Assembly: GCA_035483735.1 (NCBI GenBank)
Contig: DATHPQ010000095.1
Location: 6,001-70,000 of the forward strand
Direction of reading: 5' to 3'
Origin: Xanthobacteraceae bacterium
GTDB lineage: Bacteria; Pseudomonadota; Alphaproteobacteria; Rhizobiales; Xanthobacteraceae
Length of the DNA stretch: 64,000 nt
Within the stretch, counting starts at the first letter, position 1; every line of letters starts with the position of its first letter. Below are positions 50,278-61,207 of this stretch, one piece after another. The notes under the pieces are model-generated. The model saw nothing but the letters and a program-made list of their open reading frames with translations. It was not told the DNA's origin and did no database searches. Made by a program: the position numbers and the translations under genes.

Positions 50278-50547
50278 CGCAGCACTGGGTTCGGCGCGCC
50301 TTCTCGGCATACCGCGGAGGTGAAGGAGCGTTTGGCTGTTGACGGTAGATCGGCCTGGTCAGCTTCCTCAAGCTGCGGCAATCGCCGGCGAGATGGTTGC
50401 CAAATAATCACAGCGACCAGGAATCATAAGCTATCCACCGTCCATATCCTCGACAGGAACCGGCAGCTCGTTCAAGTTGCCGGTTAACCATATGGTGATT
50501 TCGCGCCCTTTTTCGGGCGGGCGCCTATGGAGGGGGAGTCATTCAAA

Positions 50548-51009
50548 ATGAAGCGGTTCATTCTCGCAGCCCTGGCCCTGATCATGGCCGTTGGCGCGCA
50601 GCCGAAAGCTGCGCAGGCGCAAGGCCCTGCACCGGCGCCAAGTTGGGGATGGGGCAATGGCAGCTTCCTCAACTGGTGGGGCCATGGCCAGGATCCGCGC
50701 CTGACAACAGCCGGCATTGGCATCGGGATCGGCACCGGCGTCGGCGGCTATCTTCTCACGAAGAAGCACGGCAATCCGGGCGTTCGTCACGTGACGGCGC
50801 TGGGCGCTTACGGCATCACCACCGGCGCCTGCATGGTTGCAACGCCTTTCATCTACACTGTAGCAGTCAACCGCCCGCTGACCTATCGCGAAGTTTATAT
50901 GGGCATGGCCGATTGCATCGTGCCGTTCATCGGCAGCTATCTGGTCGATGTCTATCTGCCGCATAACGTGCTTTATGACGGCGTGAACGGGAAGCTGGTT
51001 CGCAACTAG
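50548..51009 (+). CDS. hypothetical secreted/membrane protein (153 aa)
   Basis: Signal peptide MKRFILAALALIMAVGAQPKAAQAQ, a Gly-rich segment (GIGIGIGTGVGGYLL) and hydrophobic stretches. Strong SD GGAGGGGGAG. No family recognised. Confidence 0.6.
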   Translation: MKRFILAALALIMAVGAQPKAAQAQGPAPAPSWGWGNGSFLNWWGHGQDPRLTTAGIGIGIGTGVGGYLLTKKHGNPGVRHVTALGAYGITTGACMVATPFIYTVAVNRPLTYREVYMGMADCIVPFIGSYLVDVYLPHNVLYDGVNGKLVRN

Positions 51010-51032
51010 TTCGAACCAAGCACCGCGAAATT

Positions 51033-51061
51033 AAAAAGCCGGCCTTCGGGTCGGCTTTTTT
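51033..51061. terminator. bidirectional intrinsic terminator between the hypothetical gene and parB
   Basis: AAAAAGCCGGCC-TTCG-GGTCGGCTTTTTTT. Confidence 0.7.
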
Positions 51062-51130
51062 GTTGCTTGATTCCCGTTGCTGATGAGATCGGCAAACAGA
51101 TCCAAGGCCGATAAAAATAAGATCGCAGCG

Positions 51131-52015
51131 TCAGTTTTTTCGTTCAAGACGTCGCAGAACTTCGTCGAGCTGATCGTGATTGCGATAACGGATGGTAAGC
51201 GTCCCGCCGCGGGCGCCGTCGTCGATACTCACGACCAGGCCAAGCGAATCCGCGAGTCGCTTTTCGAGCGCTACCACATCCGCGTTTTTCTTGGCGCGGG
51301 CATGCGATTGACGTCCGTTGCCCTTGCCGTGTTTCTGGCCTGTCTCGCGCGCCAGCGCTTCGACCTGACGCACATTGAGACCGCGTGAAACGATCTCCTC
51401 CGCGAGCTGTTCGGCATTAGGCTGGCCGATCAACATGCGCGCATGACCGGCTGAGAGTTTTCCGGAGTGAATATGCGCCTTCACCGTCTCGGGAAGCTTG
51501 AGGAGCCGCAGCGTATTAGCGACGTGGCTTCGGCTCTTGCCGATGATCCTGGCGATATCTTCCTGATTGTTGTGGAACTCATCCATCAAGGCGCGATAGC
51601 CGTCGGCCTCTTCGAGCGGATTGAGATCGGCGCGCTGCACATTTTCGATAATGGCGATTTGCAGCGCCTCGGCATCCGTCGCTTCGATAATAACGACGGG
51701 CACTTCGTGCAAACCCGCACGCTGTGCCGCGCGCCAGCGCCGTTCGCCGGCGATGATCTCGTAGGAATCGTTTGCCCCGCGCATCGACCGCGCGACGATC
51801 GGCTGAATGATGCCGCGCTCGCGCAGCGAAGCGACAAGTTCGTCAAGCTCGGTATCGGAGAACACGCGCCGCGGATTGCGTGCGTTCGGCCGCAATGCAC
51901 CGGTCGGCAAGCGGCGCTGCCCGCGCGGACGTTCCGACGACGCTTCCGCCGAGACTTCGCCGATCAGCGCCGCAAGTCCACGGCCCAGTCGCGATCGCGA
52001 TGCGTCATCCGCCAT
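51131..52015 (-). CDS. parB: chromosome partitioning protein ParB (294 aa)
   Basis: MADDASRSRLGRGLAALIGE, the ParB box GERRWRAAQRAG, and an HTH. Start chosen at ATG 52015; ORF-track start 52057 (ATGA overlap with parA) is possible. Confidence 0.93.
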   Translation of the reverse strand: MADDASRSRLGRGLAALIGEVSAEASSERPRGQRRLPTGALRPNARNPRRVFSDTELDELVASLRERGIIQPIVARSMRGANDSYEIIAGERRWRAAQRAGLHEVPVVIIEATDAEALQIAIIENVQRADLNPLEEADGYRALMDEFHNNQEDIARIIGKSRSHVANTLRLLKLPETVKAHIHSGKLSAGHARMLIGQPNAEQLAEEIVSRGLNVRQVEALARETGQKHGKGNGRQSHARAKKNADVVALEKRLADSLGLVVSIDDGARGGTLTIRYRNHDQLDEVLRRLERKN

Positions 52016-52053
52016 CGCCGATTTCCCTAAAAGGTCACTCACGTAAAATGCCC

Positions 52054-52920
52054 TCATCCAACACAGAGCTGCTTTTCGCGCTGGATGATTTCAGTGGCGA
52101 GGCGCAGATACGCTTCGCTGCCGCTGCATTTAAGATCGTAGACAAGAACAGGCTTGCCGTAAGACGGCGCTTCCGACACCCGCACGTTGCGCGGGATGAT
52201 CGTGTCGTAGACTTTGGCGCCCATGAATTCGCGCACGTCGGCGACCACCTGCCCGGACAGATTATTGCGGGCGTCGAACATCGTCAGCACGATGCCGTGA
52301 ATCGTCAAACCGGGATTGAGCTGCTCACGCACTGATTCCACGGTCTTGAGCAATTGCGACAGACCTTCGAGTGCGAAGAACTCGCATTGCAACGGCACCA
52401 GAATCGCGTTCGCCGCAGCCATCGCGTTGACGGTGAGAAGATTGAGCGACGGCGGGCAATCGACCAGCACGTAACTGAAACTGGTGCCGCCGACCGTGTT
52501 CAGTGGTGCGAGTGCACTGCGCAGACGGAAAGCGCGGTCACGCGATTGGCCGATCTCGAGCTCGAGGCCGGACAGATCGAGCGTCGATGGCGCGAGATGC
52601 AGACGCGGAACGGCGGTGGCGACGATCGCGTCGCGTAGCGCCGCTTCGCCGGTCAGCACATCATAGGTCGAGTGGTTGCGGCTACGCCGGTCGATGCCGA
52701 GACCCGTCGAGGCATTACCCTGTGGATCCAGATCGACGATCAGAACATCCTCGCCGATCGCGGCGAGCGCGGTGCCCAGATTGATGGCCGTCGTGGTTTT
52801 ACCGACGCCGCCCTTCTGATTGGCGACGGCCAGGACGCGCGGGGTCCGGGCTGGCTGGGCCGCACGCGTGCCGTCCGGTGCGGGAAAGGCGATGACGGTT
52901 TTGTCGGGTGCATCGTTCAT
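52054..52920 (-). CDS. parA: chromosome partitioning ATPase ParA
   Basis: Deviant Walker A NQKGGVGKTTTAINL, and DCPPSLNLLT. Confidence 0.95.
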   Translation of the reverse strand: MNDAPDKTVIAFPAPDGTRAAQPARTPRVLAVANQKGGVGKTTTAINLGTALAAIGEDVLIVDLDPQGNASTGLGIDRRSRNHSTYDVLTGEAALRDAIVATAVPRLHLAPSTLDLSGLELEIGQSRDRAFRLRSALAPLNTVGGTSFSYVLVDCPPSLNLLTVNAMAAANAILVPLQCEFFALEGLSQLLKTVESVREQLNPGLTIHGIVLTMFDARNNLSGQVVADVREFMGAKVYDTIIPRNVRVSEAPSYGKPVLVYDLKCSGSEAYLRLATEIIQREKQLCVG

Positions 52921-52984
52921 GGTGGTTGATCCAACGTTGATTCGGGCTTCGGAAGCTCAACTATAAGTTGCGACATTCCAAATG

Positions 52985-53725
52985 CTAAATTCTGGGCTCG
53001 GCGCTTTCGACGACAACGATCCGAGATCGCGGATCGGTCCGGCTTTCTGCCAAGGTCGCCTCGATGTTCCAATATTTAGCGGCCTCGGTCAATTCAGTTG
53101 CAACATCTTGTCCCTTGGGAAACAGGCCTCGGGCGCCTCTTTTCAACAACGGATATGCTTCGGTGAGTAATTTCGGCAGCGGAGCGAGCGCGCGCGCGGT
53201 GACGACATCGATGTGCTTGGGCGCGCGCTTCACAAAATCAGCGATCCGCATGGCGTGAACTTCCGCCGGCACGCCGGCCGCGCGCACAGCCTCGCGGAGG
53301 AAATTCGCCTTCTTGCCGATACTCTCGACCAGGTGGACTTCGACACCCTTCTGCTCAGCGAGCGCGCAGGCGATCACCAGCCCCGGAAAGCCCGCACCGG
53401 AGCCGAGATCGGCCCAGATTTGCGAACCACGTTGCAATTTTGGAGCGAGCAACAGGAGCTGCAGAGAATCGGCGATATGTCGGGTCCAAATAGTCTGTGC
53501 GGTCGAAGGTGCAATCAGATTGGTGTGCTGCTGCCACTCCAAGAGCACCTCGACGAAACGGTCGAGGCGCGCAGATGTTTCACGTGAAACAGGGGTCAGT
53601 GCCAGCGCGCGGTCTCGGTCTTCGGCGAGCGCTTGAGCAGAGGCGGGATCGCTCTGGTGGGCCGCCTTTGATGGCGCCGATCTTTCGCGTGTCGCGCCAC
53701 CCCTATGCCGGGGCGCGCCCATCAC
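52985..53725 (-). CDS. rsmG: 16S rRNA (guanine527-N7)-methyltransferase RsmG (GidB)
   Basis: [26 protein letters not shown] and the SAM motif [15 protein letters not shown] overlap with mnmG. It has a longer N-terminus than usual. Confidence 0.9.
   Translation of the reverse strand: MMGAPRHRGGATRERSAPSKAAHQSDPASAQALAEDRDRALALTPVSRETSARLDRFVEVLLEWQQHTNLIAPSTAQTIWTRHIADSLQLLLLAPKLQRGSQIWADLGSGAGFPGLVIACALAEQKGVEVHLVESIGKKANFLREAVRAAGVPAEVHAMRIADFVKRAPKHIDVVTARALAPLPKLLTEAYPLLKRGARGLFPKGQDVATELTEAAKYWNIEATLAESRTDPRSRIVVVESAEPRI
53576..53591. other. parS centromere-like site (perfect 16-bp palindrome) inside rsmG
   Basis: TGTTTCACGTGAAACA matches the canonical chromosomal parS consensus. Confidence 0.85.
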
Positions 53726-55605
53726 GCCACACCACGGTTTGGCTTGCTATTGGGCTTGCGATTCTGCCGCCGTATGTGTGCCACCAACAGCGTCAGGGCT
53801 GCAGGCGTCATGCCGTCAATTCTCCCGGCCTGACCGATAGTCCGCGGCCGGTGGCTCTGGAGCTTGTAACGGACCTCATTCGACAGCCCAGGCAAGGCGC
53901 CATAGTCGATCTCATCGTCGAGCACGAGGCTCTCATCCCGGCGATAGGATTCCACATCCGCGGCCTGGCGGCTGAGATAGACGTCGTACTTGGCGTCGAT
54001 TTCGAGCTGTTCGCTGATCTTGGGCGCAAGATCAGCGAATTCCGGCCAGATCCGCGACAGATCAGCCACTGAAAAGTCCGGGTAGGACAGGAGCTCGAAA
54101 GCCGTACGCCGCTGCCCGTCCTTGCGCAGCGAGAGTCCAGATTTGGCGGCTTCGGTCGGCGTCACCGTCAGCGAGCGCGCCATGGCCCGTGCTGCGTCCA
54201 ACAGGGCCATTTTGGCGCGGTGCTTCCCTGCCCGTTCAGCGCCGACACAGCTTAGCGCAATGCCTTTGTCGGTGAGCCGCTGATCGGCATTGTCGGCGCG
54301 AAGCGTCAGGCGATATTCGGCACGCGAAGTGAACATCCGATAGGGCTCGCTGACGCCCCTCGTGACGAGATCATCGATCATCACGCCAAGATAGCCTTCG
54401 GCACGATCGAAGATGATCGGCGCACCCCCGCCCGCCTTGGCGGCTGCGTTCAGGCCCGCCACCAGGCCCTGTGCGCCGGCTTCCTCATATCCGGTGGTGC
54501 CGTTGATCTGCCCGGCCAGAAAAAGCCCCGGCAGGCGCCGTGTTTCCAGAACCGGGGTGAGCTCGCGTGGATCGACATGATCGTATTCAATGGCATAGCC
54601 TGGCCGCACGATCCGAGCCCGTTCCAGGCCCGGAATCGACGCCACAATGGCTGCCTGGACATCCTCCGGCAGTGAAGTGGAGATGCCGTTCGGATAGACC
54701 GTCGTATCGTCGAGGCCCTCCGGCTCGAGGAAGATCTGGTGGCCATCGCGATCGCCAAAGCGGACGATCTTGTCCTCGATCGATGGACAGTAGCGCGGCC
54801 CGTGGCTCTGGATCCGGCCGGAATACATCGGCGAACGATGCACATTCGCGCGGATGACCTCGTGTGTAGCCGGCGTCGTCCGGGTGATCGCGCATTGGAT
54901 TTGCGGATTGGTGATCCGATCCGTCAGCACTGAGAACGGCTCGGCTGGATCGTCGCCCGGCTGCATCTCGAGCGCCCGCCAATCGATCGTCTCGCCATCC
55001 AGACGAGGGGGCGTCCCGGTCTTGAGCCGGCCAAGCGCCAGCCCTGCCCGTTCAAGCGTTCCGGAAAGTCCCAGCGAAGGCGCCTCGCCGACGCGGCCGG
55101 CTGGAATTTGCCGTTCTCCGATATGGATCAGGCCACGCAGGAACGTCCCCGTGGTCAGAACCACAGCTGCGGCACCAAAGGCGCGTCTATCGGCCAGCCG
55201 AACGCCGGTGACGGCCCCATCGACAAGAAGGTCATCCACCTCGCCTTCGATCACCGTCAGATTGGGCGTGCTCCGAATGGCGACCTGCATGGCTGTGGCA
55301 TAGAGCTTTCGGTCGGCCTGGGCACGGGGGCCGCGCACCGCCGGCCCTTTCCGGCGGTTGAGCAGACGAAACTGAATGCCGCCGGCATCCGCAACCCGGC
55401 CCATGAAACCGTCGAGGGCGTCGACCTCGCGCACGAGATGGCCTTTGCCGAGACCTCCGATAGAAGGATTGCATGACATCGCGCCGACCGTCGCAAAGCG
55501 CTGAGTTATGAGCGCCGTGCGTGTGCCCATACGGGCAGCGGCGCCGGCCGCCTCACAGCCGGCATGGCCACCGCCGACGACAATCACATCGAAGCGGCCG
55601 TCCAT
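53722..55605 (-). CDS. mnmG: tRNA uridine 5-carboxymethylaminomethyl modification enzyme MnmG (GidA, 627 aa)
   Basis: [19 protein letters not shown] fold, with long conserved blocks throughout. Start moved to ATG 55605 (GGAG SD). Confidence 0.96.
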   Translation of the reverse strand: MDGRFDVIVVGGGHAGCEAAGAAARMGTRTALITQRFATVGAMSCNPSIGGLGKGHLVREVDALDGFMGRVADAGGIQFRLLNRRKGPAVRGPRAQADRKLYATAMQVAIRSTPNLTVIEGEVDDLLVDGAVTGVRLADRRAFGAAAVVLTTGTFLRGLIHIGERQIPAGRVGEAPSLGLSGTLERAGLALGRLKTGTPPRLDGETIDWRALEMQPGDDPAEPFSVLTDRITNPQIQCAITRTTPATHEVIRANVHRSPMYSGRIQSHGPRYCPSIEDKIVRFGDRDGHQIFLEPEGLDDTTVYPNGISTSLPEDVQAAIVASIPGLERARIVRPGYAIEYDHVDPRELTPVLETRRLPGLFLAGQINGTTGYEEAGAQGLVAGLNAAAKAGGGAPIIFDRAEGYLGVMIDDLVTRGVSEPYRMFTSRAEYRLTLRADNADQRLTDKGIALSCVGAERAGKHRAKMALLDAARAMARSLTVTPTEAAKSGLSLRKDGQRRTAFELLSYPDFSVADLSRIWPEFADLAPKISEQLEIDAKYDVYLSRQAADVESYRRDESLVLDDEIDYGALPGLSNEVRYKLQSHRPRTIGQAGRIDGMTPAALTLLVAHIRRQNRKPNSKPNRGVA

Positions 55606-55682
55606 CGGAATCTCCAAGAAGGAGGCGGTTGTAGCTAACGGCAATTCGACGGTCAAAGCATGCTTTGACTAGGCGTGGTCCA

Positions 55683-55698
55683 TGTTTCACGTGAAACA
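55683..55698. other. parS centromere-like site (perfect 16-bp palindrome) in the mnmE-mnmG spacer
   Basis: TGTTTCACGTGAAACA, identical to the copy at 53576-53591. Confidence 0.85.
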
Positions 55699-55745
55699 AC
55701 GCCGGCATCTAGCGGCAAATTCTGCCAGGACCTGAAACTAGGCTC

Positions 55746-57116
55746 TCACTTGCCGATACAGAAATCGCGAAAGATAACGTCCAAAATATCTTCAACATCG
55801 ACCCGCCCGGTCAGGCGCCCAAGCACTGTCGCCGCAGCTCGCAGCTCCTCGGCAATAAGCTCTTCGCGTTCACTGGGCTTCTCGCCCTCGGCCAATGCCC
55901 TATCGAGCGCCGCAACTGTCTCCTCCAGCGCCTGCCGATGCCGTGTGCGAGTCACGACCCCCGACTCAGCCGATGCGAAGAACGCGTTGGCATGCGCCGA
56001 GAGCCCGGCGACCAGCGGATCGACACCCTCGCCGCTCGTCGCTGACAAGAAATAAATGAATCGATATTCAGAGTTCTGCGGACGGTCCTCGACGAGGGAT
56101 TCTTTCTCAAGCAAATCAAGTTTGTTTTCGACCAACCAAACCTCCGACGCAGCCTCCCCTAAGCCGTGCCCGTTATTGTTCTCGACCGCTGCAGCAGCAT
56201 CAACAACCCACAGCACCACGTCAGCACCGACCGCCCTCTCCCGCGCGCGCCTCATTCCTTCTTGTTCAATCGGTTCGTTGCTCTCCCGGATGCCGGCGGT
56301 GTCGAGCAAGGTGACCGGAAAGCCATCGAGATCGAGATGCACCTCGATGACATCGCGTGTGGTCCCGGCATAAGGCGATACGATCGCCGCGTCCCGTCGT
56401 GCTAACCTATTGAGAAGTGCGGATTTTCCGGCATTCGGCGGTCCAGCGATGGCAACGACAAGTCCTTCTCGCAACCGTTCGCCGCGGCGTCCATCGGCCA
56501 AAACTGCTGCAATCTCGCCGCGTAATTGCTGCGCAGCATGAAGCGCCGGACCGATCAGATCCTCCGGTACATCGGCCTCGTCGGAGAAGTCGATCCGCGC
56601 TTCGACCAGTGCCAGCGCTTTAATCAATCGCCGCCGCCACGCTTCGGCGCGATCTCCAATTAACCCCTTCAGCTGCCGAAATGCCTGCCGCCGCTGCGCC
56701 GGCGTTTCCGCGGCGATCAGATCGCCGAGCCCTTCGACGGCGGTGAGATCGAGCCGCCCTGCTTCGAAGGCGCGACGCGTGAATTCGCCCGGCTCAGCAA
56801 GACGGCAACCCGGGATAGCTCCGAGCGCGCCGAGCACACCGGCGACCACCGCGTGGCCGCCGTGTAATTGCAGTTCGGCGACGTCCTCGCCGGTTTCGCT
56901 GTGCGGCGCCGGAAACCACAGCGCCAATGCCTCATCGATCGGCTCGCCATTCGCCGGATCGCGCACCCGCACCAAAGCTGCCTTTCGCGGTTCCGGCACG
57001 CGGCCGATCAGTTTCTCGAGCGCGACACCCGCCTGCGAACCCGAAATGCGCACAACCGCAATCGCGGCCGGCAGCCGGCCTGACGACAAAGCGAAAATGG
57101 TGGAACGGTCAGACAT
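55746..57116 (-). CDS. mnmE: tRNA modification GTPase MnmE (TrmE)
   Basis: [22 protein letters not shown] domain [12 protein letters not shown] / DTAGIR, and the C-terminal CIGK. Confidence 0.95.
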   Translation of the reverse strand: MSDRSTIFALSSGRLPAAIAVVRISGSQAGVALEKLIGRVPEPRKAALVRVRDPANGEPIDEALALWFPAPHSETGEDVAELQLHGGHAVVAGVLGALGAIPGCRLAEPGEFTRRAFEAGRLDLTAVEGLGDLIAAETPAQRRQAFRQLKGLIGDRAEAWRRRLIKALALVEARIDFSDEADVPEDLIGPALHAAQQLRGEIAAVLADGRRGERLREGLVVAIAGPPNAGKSALLNRLARRDAAIVSPYAGTTRDVIEVHLDLDGFPVTLLDTAGIRESNEPIEQEGMRRARERAVGADVVLWVVDAAAAVENNNGHGLGEAASEVWLVENKLDLLEKESLVEDRPQNSEYRFIYFLSATSGEGVDPLVAGLSAHANAFFASAESGVVTRTRHRQALEETVAALDRALAEGEKPSEREELIAEELRAAATVLGRLTGRVDVEDILDVIFRDFCIGK

Positions 57117-57206
57117 CGCAAATGATTGAACGCCTTGGATCGTCGGTGCTTCGCGCCACGCGGGCTACTTGCTACGGTGTGTCGATGTCAATGTCACAGT
57201 AATGCA

Positions 57207-59273
57207 ATGTCACAGCACCCAACGTCTCAATCTTCGCCATCGCGGCAGAATCGCCTCGCCCAAGAGACGAGTCCGTATCTGCTACAGCACAAGGACAACC
57301 CGGTCGATTGGTGGCCGTGGGGGCCGGAAGCGCTCGCCGAGGCCAAGGCCGATAACAAGCCGATCTTGCTCTCAGTCGGCTATGCTGCCTGTCATTGGTG
57401 CCACGTCATGGCGCACGAGAGTTTTGAGGACGACGCAACTGCGCACTTGATGAATGAACTGTTCGTCAACATCAAAGTCGATCGCGAGGAGCGGCCGGAT
57501 ATCGATCAAATCTATATGTCCGCGCTGCATCATCTCGGCGAGCACGGCGGCTGGCCGCTCACGATGTTTCTCACGTCCGACGGCGAGCCGATCTGGGGTG
57601 GCACTTATTTTCCGAAAACATCGGGTTACGGCAAACCGGCTTTTGTCGACGTGCTGCGCGAGATCGCGCGCCTGTTCCGTGAAGAGCCGCAGAAGATCGA
57701 ACAGAATCGCGCGGCCTTGATGAATGAACTGGCTGCCACGTCGCGCGCCAATATGGGCGCGACGATCGGCATCGATGGATTGAACAGCGCGGCGCGCCAG
57801 CTCGGCGGCATTATCGATCCGGTTAATGGCGGCACGCGCGGCGCACCGAAATTTCCACAAGCCGCTTTGTTTGAATTGCTCTGGCGCGCCGGATTGCGCA
57901 CCGGCGAAGCGCGTTATTTTGCAGCGGTCGAGATCAGCCTCGATCATATTTGCGAAGGGGGCATCTACGATCATCTCGGCGGCGGCTTCTCGCGCTATTC
58001 GGTCGACGAACGCTGGCTCGTGCCGCATTTCGAAAAAATGCTCTACGACAATGCGCAGCTCCTCGAATTGTTGGCGATCGCTTATCAGCGCACCGGCAAG
58101 GTGTTGTATCGCCAGCGCGCCCACGAAACGGTCGAGTGGCTCAAGCGCGAAATGACGACCGGCGAGGGCGGTTTTTCGGCCTCGCTCGACGCCGATTCGG
58201 AAGGCGAGGAAGGAAAATTCTATGTTTGGTCCTATGACGAGGTGATCAAACAACTCGGTATGGAAGACGGCGAGTTTTTTGCCCGCCATTACGACGTGAC
58301 GCCGGCGGGCAATTTCGAAGGCCACAATATTTTCAACCGTCTCAAGCCGCTGCCGCACAACGACGCCGACGAGGCGCGGCTTGGCGCATTGCGGGAAAAA
58401 CTCCTTGCCGTTCGGGCATTGCGCGTGCGCCCCGGCCTCGATGACAAAGTGCTCGCCGACTGGAATGGGCTGATGATTGCGGCGCTCGTCAATGCCGCGC
58501 TCATTTTCGATGAGCCGTCTTGGCTCGAACTCGCCTCGCGCGCCTTCAACTTTGTCGTCGGCGCAATGACACGCGGCGACCGGCTCGGCCATTCCTGGCG
58601 CGATGGCAAGCTGAAATTTCCCGGGCTCGCCTCGGACTTTGCCGCAATGGTCCGTGCGGCGCTGGCGCTCTATGAGGCAACAGGTAAGTCAACTTATCTC
58701 CACCAGGCCCTGTCCTGGCAGCACGCGCTCGATCGCGACTACGTCAATGTCGAGACCGGAGCTTATTATCTCACCGCAGCGGATGCCGAGGGACTCGTGA
58801 TCCGGCCCGCAGCGACAACCGATGAGGCGACGCCCAATAACAACGCCGTCGCCGCACAAAACCTGATCCGGCTTGCGGTTCTGGCAGGCGACGATGTTTG
58901 GCGTAAGAAAGCGGATCGGTTGATCGGCGCGATCGTGCCCCAGGTCGCCGAGAACCTCTACATGCACATGGCGTTGCTCAATGCCATCGATCTGCGGCTG
59001 CGCGCCGCGGAAATCGTGGTGACCGGGGAAGGCGAGGGCGCGGAAGCGCTGCTCGCCGTGGCGCGCCATGCTTCGCCGCTCAGCCGCATCGTGCTTCACG
59101 CCAGCTCAGCCGAGGCTTTGCCCGAAAATCATCCAGCCCGCGCGAAAATCTCTGCCGCGCAAGGGCCGCAGGCCTTCATTTGCGTTGGCGAGACTTGCTC
59201 GCTGCCAGTGACCAATCCGGCCGAACTGACTGCGGCGATGACGGCCGCTATCGAACCGGTGCGACATTCTTGA
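57207..59273 (+). CDS. thioredoxin-domain (DUF255/YyaL-like) protein with a six-hairpin glycosidase-like domain (688 aa)
   Basis: [20 protein letters not shown]...[18 protein letters not shown] are typical of the YyaL family. Start moved to ATG 57207. Confidence 0.88.
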   Translation: MSQHPTSQSSPSRQNRLAQETSPYLLQHKDNPVDWWPWGPEALAEAKADNKPILLSVGYAACHWCHVMAHESFEDDATAHLMNELFVNIKVDREERPDIDQIYMSALHHLGEHGGWPLTMFLTSDGEPIWGGTYFPKTSGYGKPAFVDVLREIARLFREEPQKIEQNRAALMNELAATSRANMGATIGIDGLNSAARQLGGIIDPVNGGTRGAPKFPQAALFELLWRAGLRTGEARYFAAVEISLDHICEGGIYDHLGGGFSRYSVDERWLVPHFEKMLYDNAQLLELLAIAYQRTGKVLYRQRAHETVEWLKREMTTGEGGFSASLDADSEGEEGKFYVWSYDEVIKQLGMEDGEFFARHYDVTPAGNFEGHNIFNRLKPLPHNDADEARLGALREKLLAVRALRVRPGLDDKVLADWNGLMIAALVNAALIFDEPSWLELASRAFNFVVGAMTRGDRLGHSWRDGKLKFPGLASDFAAMVRAALALYEATGKSTYLHQALSWQHALDRDYVNVETGAYYLTAADAEGLVIRPAATTDEATPNNNAVAAQNLIRLAVLAGDDVWRKKADRLIGAIVPQVAENLYMHMALLNAIDLRLRAAEIVVTGEGEGAEALLAVARHASPLSRIVLHASSAEALPENHPARAKISAAQGPQAFICVGETCSLPVTNPAELTAAMTAAIEPVRHS

Positions 59274-59361
59274 TGCCACGATCCGGGCACGTTTCGTGCT
59301 TTATAGAACCGCGGGGCGCGCCGGGACGTCTTTCCTATGACGTCCATTTGGAGATCCAATC

Positions 59362-59643
59362 ATGCGGCAATTGATCCGATACGGGATCGCGGCGACCCTC
59401 ATTGTCCTTTCGGCTGGCAGCGCGGTAACCAGCGCCCGCGCCGACGAATGGTGCGGCTACGCCACCGGCGATAACGCCGTAATTCAATGCGGCTATACGA
59501 CGGTGGCCGGTTGCGAGAGTGCCGTCGGCAAGGGCGGCATGTGCTTTGTCGATCCAGACACTGCGATGAACATCAAACGTTCAACGCCGATCGACGCGAT
59601 TAAGCTTTTAGGAATTCTCGGGCGGGAAATTGGGCGGGGTTGA
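59362..59643 (+). CDS. small secreted Cys-rich protein (93 aa; DUF3551-like, assignment from memory)
   Basis: Signal peptide ...LSAGSAVTSARA, then DEWCGY...IQCGYTTVAGCESAVGKGGMCFVDP, a four-Cys pattern. Confidence 0.55.
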   Translation: MRQLIRYGIAATLIVLSAGSAVTSARADEWCGYATGDNAVIQCGYTTVAGCESAVGKGGMCFVDPDTAMNIKRSTPIDAIKLLGILGREIGRG

Positions 59644-59652
59644 AACCCCGCC
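59633..59652. terminator. hairpin shared by the convergent small ORF and rho
   Basis: GGCGGGG-TTGAAA-CCCCGCC. Only weak U-tracts on either strand. Confidence 0.35.
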
Positions 59653-59658
59653 GGCGCG

Positions 59659-60924
59659 TTACGTATTCATCGAGTCGAAGAACTCGGAATTGTTCTTGGT
59701 GTTGCGCAGCTTGTCCAACAAGAAATCCATAGCGTCCATAGTTCCCATTGGATTGAGGATGCGGCGCAGGACGTACATTTTCTTGAGCTGATCCGGCGGC
59801 ACCAGGAGCTCTTCCTTGCGGGTGCCGGAGCGGGTGATGTCCATGGCCGGGAAGGTGCGCTTATCCGCGACTTTACGGTCGAGGATTAGTTCCGAATTGC
59901 CGGTGCCCTTGAACTCTTCGAAGATCACTTCGTCCATGCGGCTGCCGGTATCGATCAGCGCAGTGGCGATGATGGTCAGTGAGCCGCCTTCCTCGATATT
60001 GCGCGCTGCGCCGAAGAAGCGCTTCGGCCGCTGCAAGGCATTGGCGTCGACACCGCCGGTCAACACCTTGCCCGAAGAGGGCACCACGGTGTTGTAGGCG
60101 CGTCCGAGGCGGGTGATCGAATCGAGCAGGATGACGACGTCGCGGCCGTGCTCGACCAGGCGCTTAGCCTTTTCGATCACCATCTCGGCGACCTGCACGT
60201 GGCGCACTGCCGGCTCGTCGAAGGTCGAGGACACCACCTCGCCTTTCACCGAGCGCTGCATGTCGGTGACTTCTTCCGGCCGCTCGTCGATGAGCAGCAC
60301 GATCAGATAGCACTCCGGATGATTGTGCGTGATCGAGTGGGCGATGTTTTGCAGCAGCACGGTCTTGCCGGTGCGCGGCGGCGACACGATCAGCGCGCGC
60401 TGGCCCTTGCCGACCGGCGCCACGATGTCAATGACGCGGGCCGAGAGGTCCTTCTTGGTCGGATCCTCGAATTCCATCTTCAGCCACTCATCGGGATAGA
60501 GTGGCGTCAGATTGTCGAAATTGACCTTGTGACGGGCTTTCTCGGGGTCCTCGAAATTCAGCGAGTTGACCTTGAGGAGAGCGAAATAGCGTTCGCCCTC
60601 TTTGGGGCTGCGGATATGGCCGTCGATGGTGTCGCCAGTGCGCAATCCGAAGCGGCGGATTTGCGAGGGCGAGACGTAGATATCGTCAGGGCCCGGCAGG
60701 TAATTCGCTTCCGGCGAGCGCAGGAAGCCGAAGCCGTCCGGCAGCACTTCGACCACGCCTTCGCCGACAATGTCGGTCTCACGCGCCGAGAGCTGCTTGA
60801 GGATGCCGAACATCAGCTCCTGCTTGCGCATGGTCGAGGCGTTTTCGACCTCGAGTTCCTCGGCAAAGGTGACGAGCTCAGCAGGGGTCTTGGTTTTGAG
60901 CTCTTGTAGTTTCATTTCATGCAT
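59659..60924 (-). CDS. rho: transcription termination factor Rho
   Basis: N-terminal [15 protein letters not shown], the RNA-binding domain, Walker [13 protein letters not shown], and LIDERPEEV. Confidence 0.97.
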   Translation of the reverse strand: MHEMKLQELKTKTPAELVTFAEELEVENASTMRKQELMFGILKQLSARETDIVGEGVVEVLPDGFGFLRSPEANYLPGPDDIYVSPSQIRRFGLRTGDTIDGHIRSPKEGERYFALLKVNSLNFEDPEKARHKVNFDNLTPLYPDEWLKMEFEDPTKKDLSARVIDIVAPVGKGQRALIVSPPRTGKTVLLQNIAHSITHNHPECYLIVLLIDERPEEVTDMQRSVKGEVVSSTFDEPAVRHVQVAEMVIEKAKRLVEHGRDVVILLDSITRLGRAYNTVVPSSGKVLTGGVDANALQRPKRFFGAARNIEEGGSLTIIATALIDTGSRMDEVIFEEFKGTGNSELILDRKVADKRTFPAMDITRSGTRKEELLVPPDQLKKMYVLRRILNPMGTMDAMDFLLDKLRNTKNNSEFFDSMNT

Positions 60925-61030
60925 AGAATGTCCTGTGGAAATTTGCCTAGCGGCGGAATTGATTGGCGGGCCGCTGGCTTAAGGAAGGTCGCAGGTCTTG
61001 TCGCAGATGCGACTTGCAGCAGATCTTTAG

Positions 61031-61052
61031 GTGAAAAGGGGCTTTGGGCCCC
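61031..61052 (-). terminator. intrinsic terminator candidate downstream of hemJ, in the rho leader
   Basis: The minus strand reads GGGGC-CCAAA-GCCCC followed by TTTTCAC. Confidence 0.4.
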
Positions 61053-61207
61053 GGACCTGATGCACAGGCGGCTCCAATTCACTGGAGCCAAAACGCAACT
61101 GCATCCGCCTACGTTTGGTGGGATGGCCGTAAGATAGGAAAAGACTGGACTTCAGGCAAGAGCCGCTATGCGCCAAGATTGAGTTTTCAGTAAGGAACGC
61201 GTGAATT

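Noticed and set aside
55675-56055. 126-aa ORF starting MVHVSRET in and beyond the mnmE-mnmG spacer
   Set aside because: The VSRET reading is a by-product of the parS palindrome, and the rest overlaps mnmE antisense.
57372-58592. 406-aa ORF antisense to the YyaL-like gene
   Set aside because: High-GC antisense artefact with no motifs. The sense gene is well supported.
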